Shown here: piece after piece, positions 13,040 to 24,865 of the stretch
Position numbering within the stretch: position 1 is the stretch's first letter
Layout of the letters: every line of letters begins with the position of its first letter
Assembly: GCF_001194135.2 (NCBI RefSeq)
Contig: NC_068984.1
Span: 4,032,192 to 4,096,191, forward strand
Reading direction: 5' to 3'
Source of the DNA: Octopus bimaculoides
Lineage: Eukaryota
DNA length: 64,000 nucleotides
Notes under the pieces: model-generated
What the model saw: only the letters and a program-made list of their open reading frames with translations
Databases searched by the model: none
Told to the model about the DNA's origin: nothing
Program-made: the position numbers and the translations under genes

Positions 13040-13044
<5 letters not shown>
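12625..13044 (-). mobile_element. Near full-length tRNA-derived CORE-type SINE (OR1-like)
   Basis: Minus strand: A-box gtggtaag, B-box ggttcagtccc, CORE-like ggcaccttgggcaagtgtc, tail aaaagaataaaagaata. The 5' ~33 bp is tandemly duplicated (12978-13044). Confidence 0.85.
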
Positions 13045-13083
<39 letters not shown>

Positions 13084-13845
13084 TGTCATTAAATCCAAGC
13101 TATGGTTAATCTAAGTAGTCCATGAGGGAGGAAGGTGAGAGCAGCCATATGTAAATGAAAATCACCATCTACTTATCCTCTACTGAAGGATTCTAGTATC
13201 CAACTAAGATACACTGATGAAACTAATGTACAGATTCAATTATAGAGCTACCAACAGACACATATGAATACACAACTACACACCAGTCTCGTAACAATTT
13301 ATGAGTAAAATATGAATTTACTGCTAAGATTTTAATGTAAATGACATTAGACATTAGATAGAAATTGGTGCTTCTAAGTGACTGATGAACAAATTATCTA
13401 TGAAGATAAATTAATACAGCGAATATAGCAGAAACAAATTAAAGAATCTAATTTGAGATGCTGCAATGACAGCTACTCTGAAGTGAATTAGTAGAGCAGC
13501 CGGTGGAAAACAAGAGACAGGTGGATCAACTCTCTCTGGTGAACCTAATTCTCTTTCCAGACTCAAATCGCTGTCAATAATGTCTAATATTAGACACTAC
13601 ACTTTACAGTAATGAGTACATTTGCTGAAACAGGTCAATAACATTGTTCATAGCCCAGTGATGGGTTTCCACACACACACACTGTCTATAAAGAGAATTT
13701 TTTTCTTTCAACACAGTTTCCACAGTGAAGATTTTCCATGTCTGAATGTGCATGAATGTGTTTAACTTTAATTGCACACACACTCACATGTATGTATTTG
13801 TGTGTATATCTGCCTTCTCTCTCTCTCTCACACACACACACATAT

Positions 13846-13884
<39 letters not shown>

Positions 13885-13887
<3 letters not shown>

Positions 13888-14075
13888 TCATCATCACCTA
13901 ATATCCATTTTCCATGCTGGCATGGGTTGGACAGTCTGACCAGAGCTGGTAAGGCCAGAGGCTGCATCAGGCTCCATTGTTCTGGCATGGTTTCTACAAT
14001 TGGATGCCCTTCCTAATGCCAACAACTCCATAGAGTGTACTGAGTGCTTTTTATGTGGCACCAGCCCTGGTATCA
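13885..14075 (-). mobile_element. RTE 3' tail copy abutting (TA)n
   Basis: tcatcatcatca...ttccatgctggcatgggttggac...ggatgcccttcctaatgccaac. Confidence 0.85.
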
Positions 14076-14292
14076 ATTCTGCTGTGGCAGATGAGTCTCT
14101 GCAAGTATAGCAAGGTGCCAGATATCTCAATGCTCTGTCACCTCCTTCGAAAAGCTCAGTGTCTTGAGATAGACCTTCTATCAGTACCGTTTGTTGAACT
14201 GCTAAGTTTCAGAGACATAAACCAAAACAACACTTGTCAACTAGTGGTGAGGGGACAAAGACACACATACCATACATTTCATTACCTAATAA

Positions 14293-14323
<31 letters not shown>

Positions 14324-14822
14324 TTCCTCTCTCTACCACTCCTCGTTGATCACATGTGACCTGTGGTCACCTCTTCCTTTCTCCCTTCAGTCAGCATAAA
14401 GGCAAGACGAAACTACTGTCTCTCTCCGTTCAGCTTCGTGACATCACAGCGTTCAAGATCTCATCTCGTTTGGCCTTACGTCTTTTAAAGTTGTTTTCAC
14501 TGTTTAATTTTTCCTGTCTTGGTTTGTGTTTGCTACCTTGGAACCCTCTGTTTAGCAGGTTAATTCACTAAATAGGAAGAGCTATTCTAAGAGTGTGTTC
14601 TGCCTCATCTTCGAAATGCCTAGTTTAGAATAGAGGCAGCTGATGAAGGAAAAGTTACATAAGTGGCACGTCTGTTTTCCTATGTGTTCATTCTGTTGTC
14701 TGTAAAAAAAAAAAGTCCGTTTTTGTGCTTTATGTTCTGGTTCCTTTTCTGACGTCCTGTACCCGGATATGCATCTATATATACATGTAGATGTAGGTAT
14801 GTACATATATCATTTCTATTAT

Positions 14823-14898
<76 letters not shown>

Positions 14899-14900
<2 letters not shown>

Positions 14901-15390
14901 TCATCATTGTTTAACATCTGTCTCCCATGCTGGCATGGATTGGACGGTTTGACTAAGGTCTGGAGAGCCAGCGGCTGCACCAAACTCCAATCTGATCTCG
15001 CAATATTTCTACAGCTGGATGCCCTTCCTAACACCAACCACTCCAAAAGTGTAGTGGGTGCTTTTTACATGCCACCGGCACAGGAGCCAGTCGGGTAGCA
15101 CTGGCATCAATCACGTTTGGATAGTGCTTTTTATGTGCCACCGGCACAGGGGCCAGTCAGGTGGTCCTGACATTGAACATGTTCAGATAATGCTTTTTAC
15201 TTGCCGGTGGCACAGGAACCAGTCAGGGGTTAATGGCATCAGCCACATTTGGATGGTGCTTTTTACATACCACCAGCACAGGGGCCAATCAGGGGGTAAT
15301 GGCATTGACCACATTTGGATGGTGCTTTTTACGTACCACCAGCATGGGAGCCAGCTAGCGGGTACTGGTATCAGCCACATTCAGATGGTG
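14899..15390 (-). mobile_element. RTE 3' UTR with five tandem 66-bp modules
   Basis: Tail abuts (TA)n at 14827-14898. Five gtgctttttac...ccagtc...tgg...gat units give 22-aa periodicity in ORF 15058-15579. Confidence 0.9.
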
Positions 15391-15512
15391 AAAAATACCT
15401 TAGGAATGAGAACCCTGGTTCGAAATTTCCGCAAGACACCTGACGAAGGCTGGAGGGTATATCAGCCGAAACGTTGTGTTAACAACAAATATCCGCCAAA
15501 TGTAAATAATGC
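15391..15512 (+). mobile_element. 3' part of hammerhead-bearing SINE (headless copy)
   Basis: Highly similar to about 45259-45395 apart from a short internal deletion. Confidence 0.85.
15436..15479 (+). ncRNA. Minimal type I hammerhead ribozyme motif
   Basis: acac CUGACGA a GGCUG-gaggguauau-CAGCC GAAA CG UU gugu. Intact core, 5-bp stem II, stem I ACAC/GUGU, palindromic ACGU stem III. Predicted cut after 15475. Confidence 0.8.
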
Positions 15513-16016
15513 ACAATACTGTTTAGTTGAGTATATATTTATCAAACTTTTACAAGAAGAGGGGCGACATCGACTTTGAAGTTTTGGCATGCAAGCCTTC
15601 ATTAGACTGTCTATATATATATATATTTATTAAATAATGGTGATGTGTAGTGTGGGAAGTGAATATTTCCTGTCAGTCAAGTCTCAAGATGATAGAGGAA
15701 TTATCTCCATGTAAGAACCAAGAAGATCTAGACTTGGCAGACATTTCCTCTTAAAAGAAAGGCAGCAAGAGGCTTTTACTAAAAGTGTAGCTGACAAGTG
15801 TTCACCGGACTATAAGCTCACTGACCTAGTTTAGTATGGTCAGCCTTGGTCAGCAGTTCTACTTTTAATCAGAAATAAAGAGAATTGTCAGTAGGGAAGC
15901 CATCTTGGCATCAAACGTCTGTTAGAAACTCTTTTAAAAAGGAAGAAACAATTGTGTCTTATTTGATGTTAGATATATTAGAATTACATCAACAAAGAAC
16001 GGACACAAAACTGATA

Positions 16017-16129
<113 letters not shown>

Positions 16130-16754
16130 GCGCGGGTGCATATGTGCACATATTTACAGATAAATATTGATAGTCTTTGTTACTGCTTGAGCAGTGATGA
16201 TGTTGACATATTTCAAAGATCTCTGGAATAAAATCCCTTAGCTGAAAAACAAGTGTTAGCAACAGGAAGTGCATTCATCCAAATATTTTACATCAACTTC
16301 CCTTTCAACTCCTACTAGCATTAAAAAATGATAAATAAACTAAAATAAGTACTGAAGTTGATATGACAAACTGGCACAGTTTTGAAGAAGGTGCCACAAC
16401 ATGGCTGCAGTGCAATGTGGCTGAAATAAGTACAAGAAATATAAATGAACATTCATCAGAAGAATACAGTGTCTTCTACACACAACACTGTAGAGTGGCA
16501 GGGAAGAGTTACTGTGCTCTAAGTTGATATGAATTTTCTCTTTTTCTGCAAGATTTATTGTGTATCGTAAATGGACACACATCCTGTCAACATACATACA
16601 AAAAGAATAAGATTTTCATCAGATTAAGACACACTTCCTGTTGGTCTTTCAGAAAATATCTACAACGTTGTGGTGGTGGTGGTTTTCATTTCTGATTGGT
16701 ATAAAAGTAGATACTTTTATAACATCAAAATGAAATCAAATTAAATGGAAATTG

Positions 16755-17025
16755 GAGTTGTGATACCCATGCCAGTGGCACATAAAAAAGTACCATCCAA
16801 ACGTGATCGATGCCAGCTCTCTTGCCCCTGACTGGCTTCTGTGCTGGTGGCACGTAAAAAGCACCAACTACACTCTCGGAGTGGTTGGCGTTAGGAAGGG
16901 CATCCAGCAGTAGAAACATTGCCAGATCAGACTGGTGCCTGGTGCAGCCTCCCGGCTTTCCAGACCCCAGTCGAATCATCCTACCCATGCCAGCATGGAA
17001 AACAGACACTAAATGATGATGATGA
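16755..17025 (+). mobile_element. RTE 3' UTR with about two modules
   Basis: gtggcacataaaaaagtacc...gccag..actggc..tgtgctggtggcacgtaaaaagcacc followed by the canonical tail. Confidence 0.85.
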
Positions 17026-17640
17026 TAAAAGTAGATACTGAATTGATTGCAGCATCCAATCATTTCTTTTGTTAACATTTTCCATAATAATCTGTTAATA
17101 TACAATTTAATTTCCAAAACTTCCACCTGCAAAATTGACATACAGGAATATTTCCACACATGCTTAGATGCTAGTTGGTTAATTCTAACCAGAATCATAC
17201 CAAAACTTCATTGCATTGTCAACCAATATTAACAGATTCATTTATTGTTCAGATGCTTTATCACTGACTTTCCAATGAATGACTTTTAATGTTGGCATAA
17301 GTTATTTCTATGTTCTTAATCACGGTTCATTCTAGAATATGCATTTCACATTCATCTATCATAGTCTTCCATCTGTAGTCACTGTCTTTGAGACTGCTGG
17401 CATGTCATGGGTCTGAGTCACTCACATCCATGTAGTTTAAAGTGATGCCTCTTGTCAGATGTGAAGGCATTGGATAACGAAATGATTCTCATCAATATTT
17501 CAACTGAGGAGCAAGTTGTTTCTCTTTTTTATATCAGATTCTGACAATGTGGTACTGTCTTTGCACTAAATCATTCATCATATATTTCAAATCAATTCCA
17601 TTAACAACATCTTATGCTATATATATATATATATATATAT

Positions 17641-17771
17641 CATCATCATCATTTAACGTCCGCTTTCCATGCTGGCATGGGTTGGACGATTTGACTGAAG
17701 ACTGGTGAAACCAGATGGCTACACCAGGCTCCATTTTATCTGGCAGAGTTTCTACAGCTGGATGCCCTTCC
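17641..17771 (-). mobile_element. Short RTE 3' tail inside a (TA)n array
   Basis: About 130 bp of tail flanked by (TA)n at 17618-17640 and 17776-17808. Confidence 0.9.
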
Positions 17772-17772
17772 G

Positions 17773-17812
<40 letters not shown>

Positions 17813-17878
17813 AGAGAGAGAGAGAGAGAGAGACCTACATCGATAGATTGAACATAAGATAGAGAGAGAGAAAAAGAG

Positions 17879-18095
17879 CTTTTAGCATTCGATTACTCTG
17901 GCAAATGTAATGCTTATTCATTCACGCAGCTTTGAATTGAGCCTGCATTATCTTGAAGACTTGAGATTTAGATGAAATGACTATTTTTAGAATGACATAG
18001 TAGGTAGGTGTGAGAAGCTGGATTTGGCCAGCTTGAACATGCAACAAGAAGAATTTGGGGGCCAGATATGGCCTGTTTAAATGCTAAAAGGTTAA
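17879..18095. mobile_element. piggyBac-type MITE
   Basis: Terminal inverted repeats cttttagcatt ... aatgctaaaagg followed by TTAA. The left TTAA-CC end is eroded. Confidence 0.65.
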
Positions 18096-18360
18096 ATTTG
18101 GTGTGTAACATACATTTACTATGAACTCTATAAATATGGCTAACATGGATGTCTATTGATGTGTCTCCAGTGTGCTACACATTAGTAAGTTTGTGGAAAT
18201 TTTCTGTACTATCTCTTACTATTGCATTATTGTAACAAAAGGATAGAGTTAAAGAAGTGGGGAAGAGACAGTGAAAGTGACTGCAAAGAGAAATACTAAC
18301 AACCCAAACTTAGATTGGGCATTCATACGCAAAAAGGAAGGTTACAATGAGGATACTCAC

Positions 18361-18698
18361 ACCTGCACCGAGTTGCTTGACAGAGAAAATACATGAAGGC
18401 GAAAGACCGAAAAGAAAGACCATCCTCCAGACATGTTAAGCATGTGCCTCGTTCACCAAACCACAAACATCTTCAGCTTTTTCAACCCCATTCAGTGGAC
18501 CTCGTGAAACTTTGATAGTGTTATTGTGGTTGTTCAATACAAACTGCCCACCCATCATCTTCTTAACATTTACATATGGTTCCCCTCCGTCTCTCAACCC
18601 CATCCCAATAAAATGAACCAAACCAAACTGTACACACTGTGTGACACACGCAAACTCGTGTGTGTAAAGGAAGGTGCACTAGAATAAGCATGATTTCA
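18361..18698 (-). other. Candidate minus-strand exon (5' UTR-like or lncRNA)
   Basis: Very strong acceptor (long pyrimidine tract ending ctgctctttcacag) and donor GGT|GTGAGT enclose 338 nt of non-repetitive sequence. No frame is open end to end. Confidence 0.45.
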
Positions 18699-19366
18699 CT
18701 GTGAAAGAGCAGAAGAGAAAATACAATAGATGAAAAGAAGGAAACAAACAAAAAAAAAGATGACAGAGATGAACCAATAAAAGAGAGGGGAGGGGTAGCA
18801 GTGGAGAAAAGATATTTTAAGAGTATTTGTATAAAATTATATACACCGGGTGATATAGTGGACACACACACACATAATTGTTACAGTTGAAAAACAACCA
18901 CCCTAATAGAATTGAATAAACAACAATAAACCCTTAGGTTAACAGTGACATGGAAATGAGTGAATATATGCATGTGAATGTAAAAGCAGTGGGAGAGAGG
19001 GAGGGGGACATGAAATGAGAGGAAGAGGGAAAGGAGGAGAGAGAGTAGGAGGGGGGAAATGAACACACGAAGAGAGAAGAAGAAAATTTTTAAAATTTCA
19101 GTGAATAGAAATAAAAACTAGATTAAAGTTAGAGTCTACAATCCCATTAACTACAACAGGATAATGGGGGAATCAGAAGGGAGCCATGATAGAAAGAGCA
19201 GCCAATTTTTGTTTCAAATCATGGATACATGTATTATGAAAATGATGGATACATTGGAAAATGTAGTGAGAAATGTAGTAAACCTAAAAAGATGAGATGG
19301 TCATGGTTGGTATGATTATGAGGACATGGAGGTGTTCATGGAGCTAAGAATATCAAATATATACAT

Positions 19367-19582
19367 ATTCTTTTATTTTTCTTCTCTTACTTGTTTCAGT
19401 CATTTGACCCCGGCCATGCTGGAGCACCACATAAAGTCAAACAAATGACCCTAGGACTTATTCTTTGTAAGCCTAGTACTTATTCTATTAGTTGCCTTTG
19501 CCAAACTGTTACGGGGACGTAAACACACCAACATCGGTTGTCGAGCGATGGTGGGCAGACAAACACAGACACACACACACAA
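19367..19582 (-). mobile_element. CORE-type SINE, 3' half
   Basis: cttgtttcagtcatttgac...ccatgctggagcaccac...gggacgtaaacacacca, as in the 12625 copy. Confidence 0.8.
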
Positions 19583-20704
19583 ATGAGACTTACTACCCAG
19601 CCTTGCCCAGTAAAGTATTCACGGAATTGTTTGCCATTTTGTAGAATAGGAAGTCACGGTACTTATGCTTGTATATATATTTAACCTAACTTCTGGACTT
19701 ATTTAATTGGAACTATCCAAACAATAGTAATCAATTTACATGAGTAGAAAGTTTTTTTTTTAACAATTTTTATCCTGAAAATCACCTGTTACTTTTGTTG
19801 TAAAGTGAAAGATGTATGAATGTGTATATGAAATGGACGTTGTGTGTGTGTGTGCGTGAGAGAGAGGGAGAGAGAGAAAGAGAGTGTGCCACTTACACAT
19901 ACATGAGAACATACACGTTCACTCACTCACGCTCTCTCTTACACACTCACACATGCACACGTACATACAAAAAAGATGTACGCATGTGTATTGATGTATG
20001 CACATACACATGACAACACACACCTTCACATTCTCTCTTTCACACACACACACATGCCCATTTCATATACACATACATGCATCTTTCACTTTCTCCTCTC
20101 TTTCACTTTAAAACTGATGTAAATAGATAAATAAATTTTTACGGACATTAACGAACTCTGGATGATGAAATCACAATCAGTTAAAAATATTTCTAAATGA
20201 GTATAATATTGTGTACATCAAAAAACCGGCGTTTTTTTTTTTAAAGAACGCAAAGACTATGTGTGTGTATGTCACAGATAGCAGACGTGTGTTTGTGTTG
20301 ATTGATACACCATGACATTCATTATATGTGTATGTATTTTGTGTATGTGTGTTGGTGTTACGGACGCCATGTATTTTTTTCATCAAGAAATAACAAAAAT
20401 TGTGTTTAATTGTTTAAATAGAGTTCCAAATATCATTTTAACCTATCAGCGGGTATCATTGTTTGATGAAAGTGGTAACACAGTCAGCATTTACAGCACT
20501 TATTCATAGAATAATTTTAACTAACGAGAATGGGAAAAATGCAGTCAATTCATTACAGATGTCAAGCACATTTTGCTGCTACATAAATATTTCCTGAAGA
20601 TTATTATAAAACATGAAGGTACTTGTAATATTTAATATGTAAAATATTGTAAAAATGTAAAAATATGAAAATGAAATGTGAAAATCAGACTATGCTGGAA
20701 TTTG

Positions 20705-20996
20705 ATTGATTCCTCGATGCCAGTGCCGCCTGACTGGCTCCCGTGTCGGTGGCACGCCAAAAGCACCATTTGAGCATGGTCGTCGCCAGTGCTGCTTGAC
20801 TGGCCCTCATGCCGATGGAACGTAAAAAGCACCCACTACACTCTCGGAGTGGTGGGCGTTAGGAAGGGCATCCAGCTGTAGAAACCTTGCCAGAACAGAT
20901 TGGATCCTGGTGCAGCCTCCTGGCTTGCCAGTCATCAGTCAAACTGTCCAACCCAGGCCAGCATGGAAAGCGAACTTTAAAAGGTGATGATGATGA
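20705..20996 (+). mobile_element. RTE 3' UTR with two modules
   Basis: gccagtgccgcctgactggc..cgtgtcggtggcacgccaaaagcacc repeated, then the canonical tail. Confidence 0.88.
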
Positions 20997-22726
20997 GTAT
21001 TTGAGTGGGGTGATCTATAGAAAGAGCTAACAACCCATTGCAAAACAGCCAAGGAAGATATAGGAGGAAAACAGAAGAGGAATGGGTAGAAATAAAAATA
21101 CTAATATGCAGAAGTAGAAAAAGGAAAAATTAAGGGAAAGACAAACTGTTCTAAGAAATTGCCAAATACCATTTGTAGAAATAGTTCTGGTGATTGAGAC
21201 ATTAATGAAAATAAATTATTCTGGACAGGTCAGATGCAATGATGGTTCATACCTGTCTCATATAATGTTCCTACAATGTGGGGGGAGGGATGCAAAAAGG
21301 TTTTTGAAGGCAAAGGGAATTAGTAGATGTTTAATATCAGTGTTAGGATGCAAGGGAATAACAAAAACCTACTATTCAGTGATGTAATAATGATATTAAT
21401 AACACACACACACACGATATGTCTTGGGGATTGGGAAAACAAAATGACTAAATAGAGGTCACAAGGCAAGTAAAAGTGCTAGAAAAATCAGACAGCTCAC
21501 TCTCAAACCACATGCTAATATTTCTAAAATGTATGGGTACATTGGATAATAATAGTCCTAAATATATTCAACCTGAAAAAAAGCTGAGATGGTCATGACT
21601 GGATTGGCTTGTACCATAAGCCCACTCAATCAGTAATCACTATCTTCTTGGCTATGTAACAACAATATAAACTTAATAAGAGTAACTGTATCTTCTCCTC
21701 CTGAACGATTTATAACACAGAGCACTACTTCTAAGAGTTACGTTAGCCCTGTTACAGAACAGCAGCTGAACAAACTCTGTAATAAATCTGAAGACATGAG
21801 AAAAGTAAGGAGTGTGTAATTAAGGAGGATAAAAAAAAAAAAAAGGTCAACAAAAATAATAATGAGGAAAGTGTGTGAATTGGTCAGTTGGATATGATAT
21901 AGTTAAAGGGAAGAAATAAAATAGAACATGATCACCTCCAGCAGCAGAGAGAGGATGGGAGAAAATGGACAGAGACAGGGGGATGGGGAATTAGAGGGGA
22001 TGGCAGAGTGAGAAGGACAGAATGTCTGACTAGTAGAGAGGAGACAGGAAGAAAGAAGGAATAAGAAATCGACAAAGCAGGCAAAACAATGAAAGCATGG
22101 AAGAATATTGTAGTTAAGAAACAGAAATAAAGTATGACAGAATAAGAGAGATTGTAAAACATGAGAGGATGTGTGTGTTTGTGAGTGTTGTTAGGGGGAA
22201 GTTATGGTTTAACATATTCTTACCATATGACGATGGTATTTTTAATGTTTCCAATAAAATGCACAAACCTACATTTGTACTTAAAACATGCTAACAGAAC
22301 ACATACTTCCGCACTAAGTAGTTCTACTAAGTTAGGGCAGCAGAGTTCTTCAAGTGTGGCTTTACTTACCACTTCTCAGCCACTGCTTTTTATGTATGAG
22401 GAGAATGAGGGCGGCATGTATGGGAGTGGCTACAGCAATACATTCTAAAGAATAAAATTTCTAAAAACAAAATTAGCTCTCATCTGTAAAAGATGACAAT
22501 TCAACAATATTTTCTGTACAAACTTACCCACATGTACATGTATTATAAGTGTATATGTGTAAGTGTCTGTGTGTGGGTGCATACACTTGTGTGTGTGTAT
22601 AGATATTCCTGTATGTATATGATGATATATATACATGCATTCCAACCCATACCAGCATAAAATCCAGACGTTAACTGATGCTGATTTATATATGAGTGTG
22701 TGTGTGTGTGTATTATAAACTTTACA

Positions 22727-22768
<42 letters not shown>

Positions 22769-22774
22769 AACATT

Positions 22775-23050
22775 GGACTGACTCCTGTGCAGGTGGCACG
22801 TAAAAATCACCCTTTGAGCGTGGCCGTTGCCAGTACCGTAGGACTGGCCCTCATGCCAGTAGCACGTAAAAAGCACCCACTACACTCTCGAAGTGGTTGG
22901 CATTAGGAAGGGCATCCAGCTGTAGAAACTCTGCCAGATCAGATTGGAGTCTGGTGTAGCCATCCGGTTTCACCAGTCCTTAGTCAAATCGTCTAACCCA
23001 TGCTAGCATAGAAAGCAGATATTAAATGATGATGATGATGATGATGATGA
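22775..23050 (+). mobile_element. RTE 3' UTR with about two modules
   Basis: Starts after (TA)n and an A run. Ends in (GAT)n. Confidence 0.88.
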
Positions 23051-23056
23051 TATAAA

Positions 23057-23521
23057 TTGGGTGTAAGAGGCATCAGGTGTAGTGTGTGTAAGAGAAGATT
23101 TCACTGGTATGGCCATGTAATAAATGTGAACAAGGACAGCTGTGTAAAGAAGTGCCATCTCTAATAGTAGAGGAAACCTGCGGAAGAGATAGACCCTGAA
23201 AGATGTGGGATGAAGTGGTGAAATATGATCTTCAGATGTTGAGTCTCAAGGCAATGATGACAAGTGACCAAGATATGGCAATCTGCTGTGCTTGAGAAGA
23301 CACGTCAGGCTAAGTGAAATTGTAGTCATGGCCAGTGCCAGTGACCTGTACAAGACACTCAGTATACCCTGTGGAGTGGTCAGCAATAAGAAGGGTATCA
23401 AGCTGTAGAAACCAAGCAAAAACAGACTGGAGCCTGGTGCAGCTTTCTAGCTTACCAGTTCCAGCCAAAGTGTCTAATCCATGCCAGCATGGAAAACCAA
23501 TGCTAAATGATGGTGATGATA
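23057..23521 (+). mobile_element. 5'-truncated RTE (ORF C-terminus plus tail)
   Basis: LGVRGIRCSVCKRRFHWYGHVINVNKDSCVKKCHL* then CGRDRP*KMWDEVVK, followed by the tail. Confidence 0.85.
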
Positions 23522-23526
23522 TCATA

Positions 23527-24460
23527 ATCATTTAACATCTGCTTTCTATGCTGACAAGGGTTGGACGGTTTGGCAGGAGCTGGCCAGGCAGAAGAAAGAC
23601 TTCGCCAAACTTCTGTGCCGGTTTTGGCATGGTTTTTACAGCTGGATGCTATTCCTAACACCAACCATCCGTAGAGTGGGACTGAGTGCTTTTTACATGG
23701 AACCAACACAGGCAAGGTCAGTTTTGACACGTTTTTTACAGCTGGATGCCCTTCTGAATGCCAACCACTTTATAATGTGAACTGAATGATTTTTACGTGG
23801 CACCAGCACTTGCAAGACAATGATCAAGTAACATGCAAGACAATGATCCTTTAAGACGAGAGGAGGCATTGGGAGAGGTGATCTTGTGCCAGATGATGAA
23901 AAGTTAGTGTGACAGAAACAGGTGTCTTACGGTAAAGGAGGTACATGGTTACCAGGTCAGAGAGAAAGAGAGAGAATGGTCAAGAATGAGGACAGAAACA
24001 GGAGTGCTGCTGTGGAGGAGATTCATGGTTACCCAGCCAGATGGAGAGAGAGAGAGAGAGAGTGGGAGGTAGCAACAGTACAAGAGAGAGCAGGAGAGAG
24101 ATGGTGTGGAAGTGTCAAGGCATACTCATAAGGAACAGGGATCAGAATATATATAGGATGGTAGAGTGAAGGAAGAGAGAGATAGATAGGAAGAAGTACC
24201 AGGGCATAGCCCCAAGGTACAGGAGTAATAATATAAGTGGCAGGGTATTGCTAAAGAAGCTTGAGTAGGGAGTAGAGACTTCACATGGATGCAAAGAGTG
24301 TAGGGGTGGCAATGCAATGACTGGTGAAAACCTGGGTATATAGAGGGAGTGGAGGACTACAGGGATAGCAATGATACAGTGAGCAGGGCAGTGAGGACAG
24401 GACTGGGGAGCGAGAGATAAGTATAGTGCATCAAAGAGGAAATGTGACAAAGAGATGTAG
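23527..24460 (-). mobile_element. RTE subfamily with long pyrimidine-rich 3' UTR
   Basis: Tail-to-tail with the previous copy. The GA-rich plus-strand interior resembles 6200-6640, 45790-46130 and 58925-59450. Confidence 0.7.
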
Positions 24461-24493
24461 TTTGATTCGTTCGAGTAGGGTGTGTGAAATGTT

Positions 24494-24524
<31 letters not shown>

Positions 24525-24539
24525 ATAGTGAAGTTAGAA

Positions 24540-24865
24540 ATTGATATTAATCTATTAAAACCAGTGGCTTAGCATATTTAAGAAATCCGAAGATTTAAAA
24601 TTATACTACATACAAATTAAGAGGAAAGACCACCAAAATGGACTCCTAATATGCTAAAGATAGAAGGCAAGGATTATGGCAGCATTGACCAACTTAAACA
24701 AGGAGACCATCCAGAAGAGTTGCAGGAGAGTCCGAAGTTGTCAGGAGGCCATGGTTGAAGCCAATATTAATTTTATTAAATAAATTTACTCTTTAATATT
24801 TCAAGATATTTTTATGTAATTTTGGTAAATATATCTGCTAAAATGAGATGTTAGTGTTATTTGTT
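24540..24865 (+). mobile_element. Tc1/mariner transposase C-terminal fossil
   Basis: 24664-24783 translates KARIMAALTNLNKETIQKSCRRVRSCQEAMVEANINFIK*, resembling the Tc1/mariner C-terminus (I..AW......C..F..RL.AV..A.G). Confidence 0.65.

Noticed and set aside
13581-13596. Perfect 16-bp palindrome TGTCTAATATTAGACA
   Set aside because: One or a few such palindromes are expected by chance in 64 kb of AT-rich DNA.
15057-15390. CRISPR-like look of repeat plus variable segment arrays (also 40050-40410)
   Set aside because: The host is a eukaryote with no cas genes. Units are degenerate 66-bp tandem copies inside a LINE 3' UTR, and the variable parts are short related loops, not unique spacers.
15690-15960. 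Possible pogo/Tigger HTH fossil (SRLGRHFLLKERQQEAF...)
   Set aside because: The similarity is too weak, with no TIR or DDE motif found.
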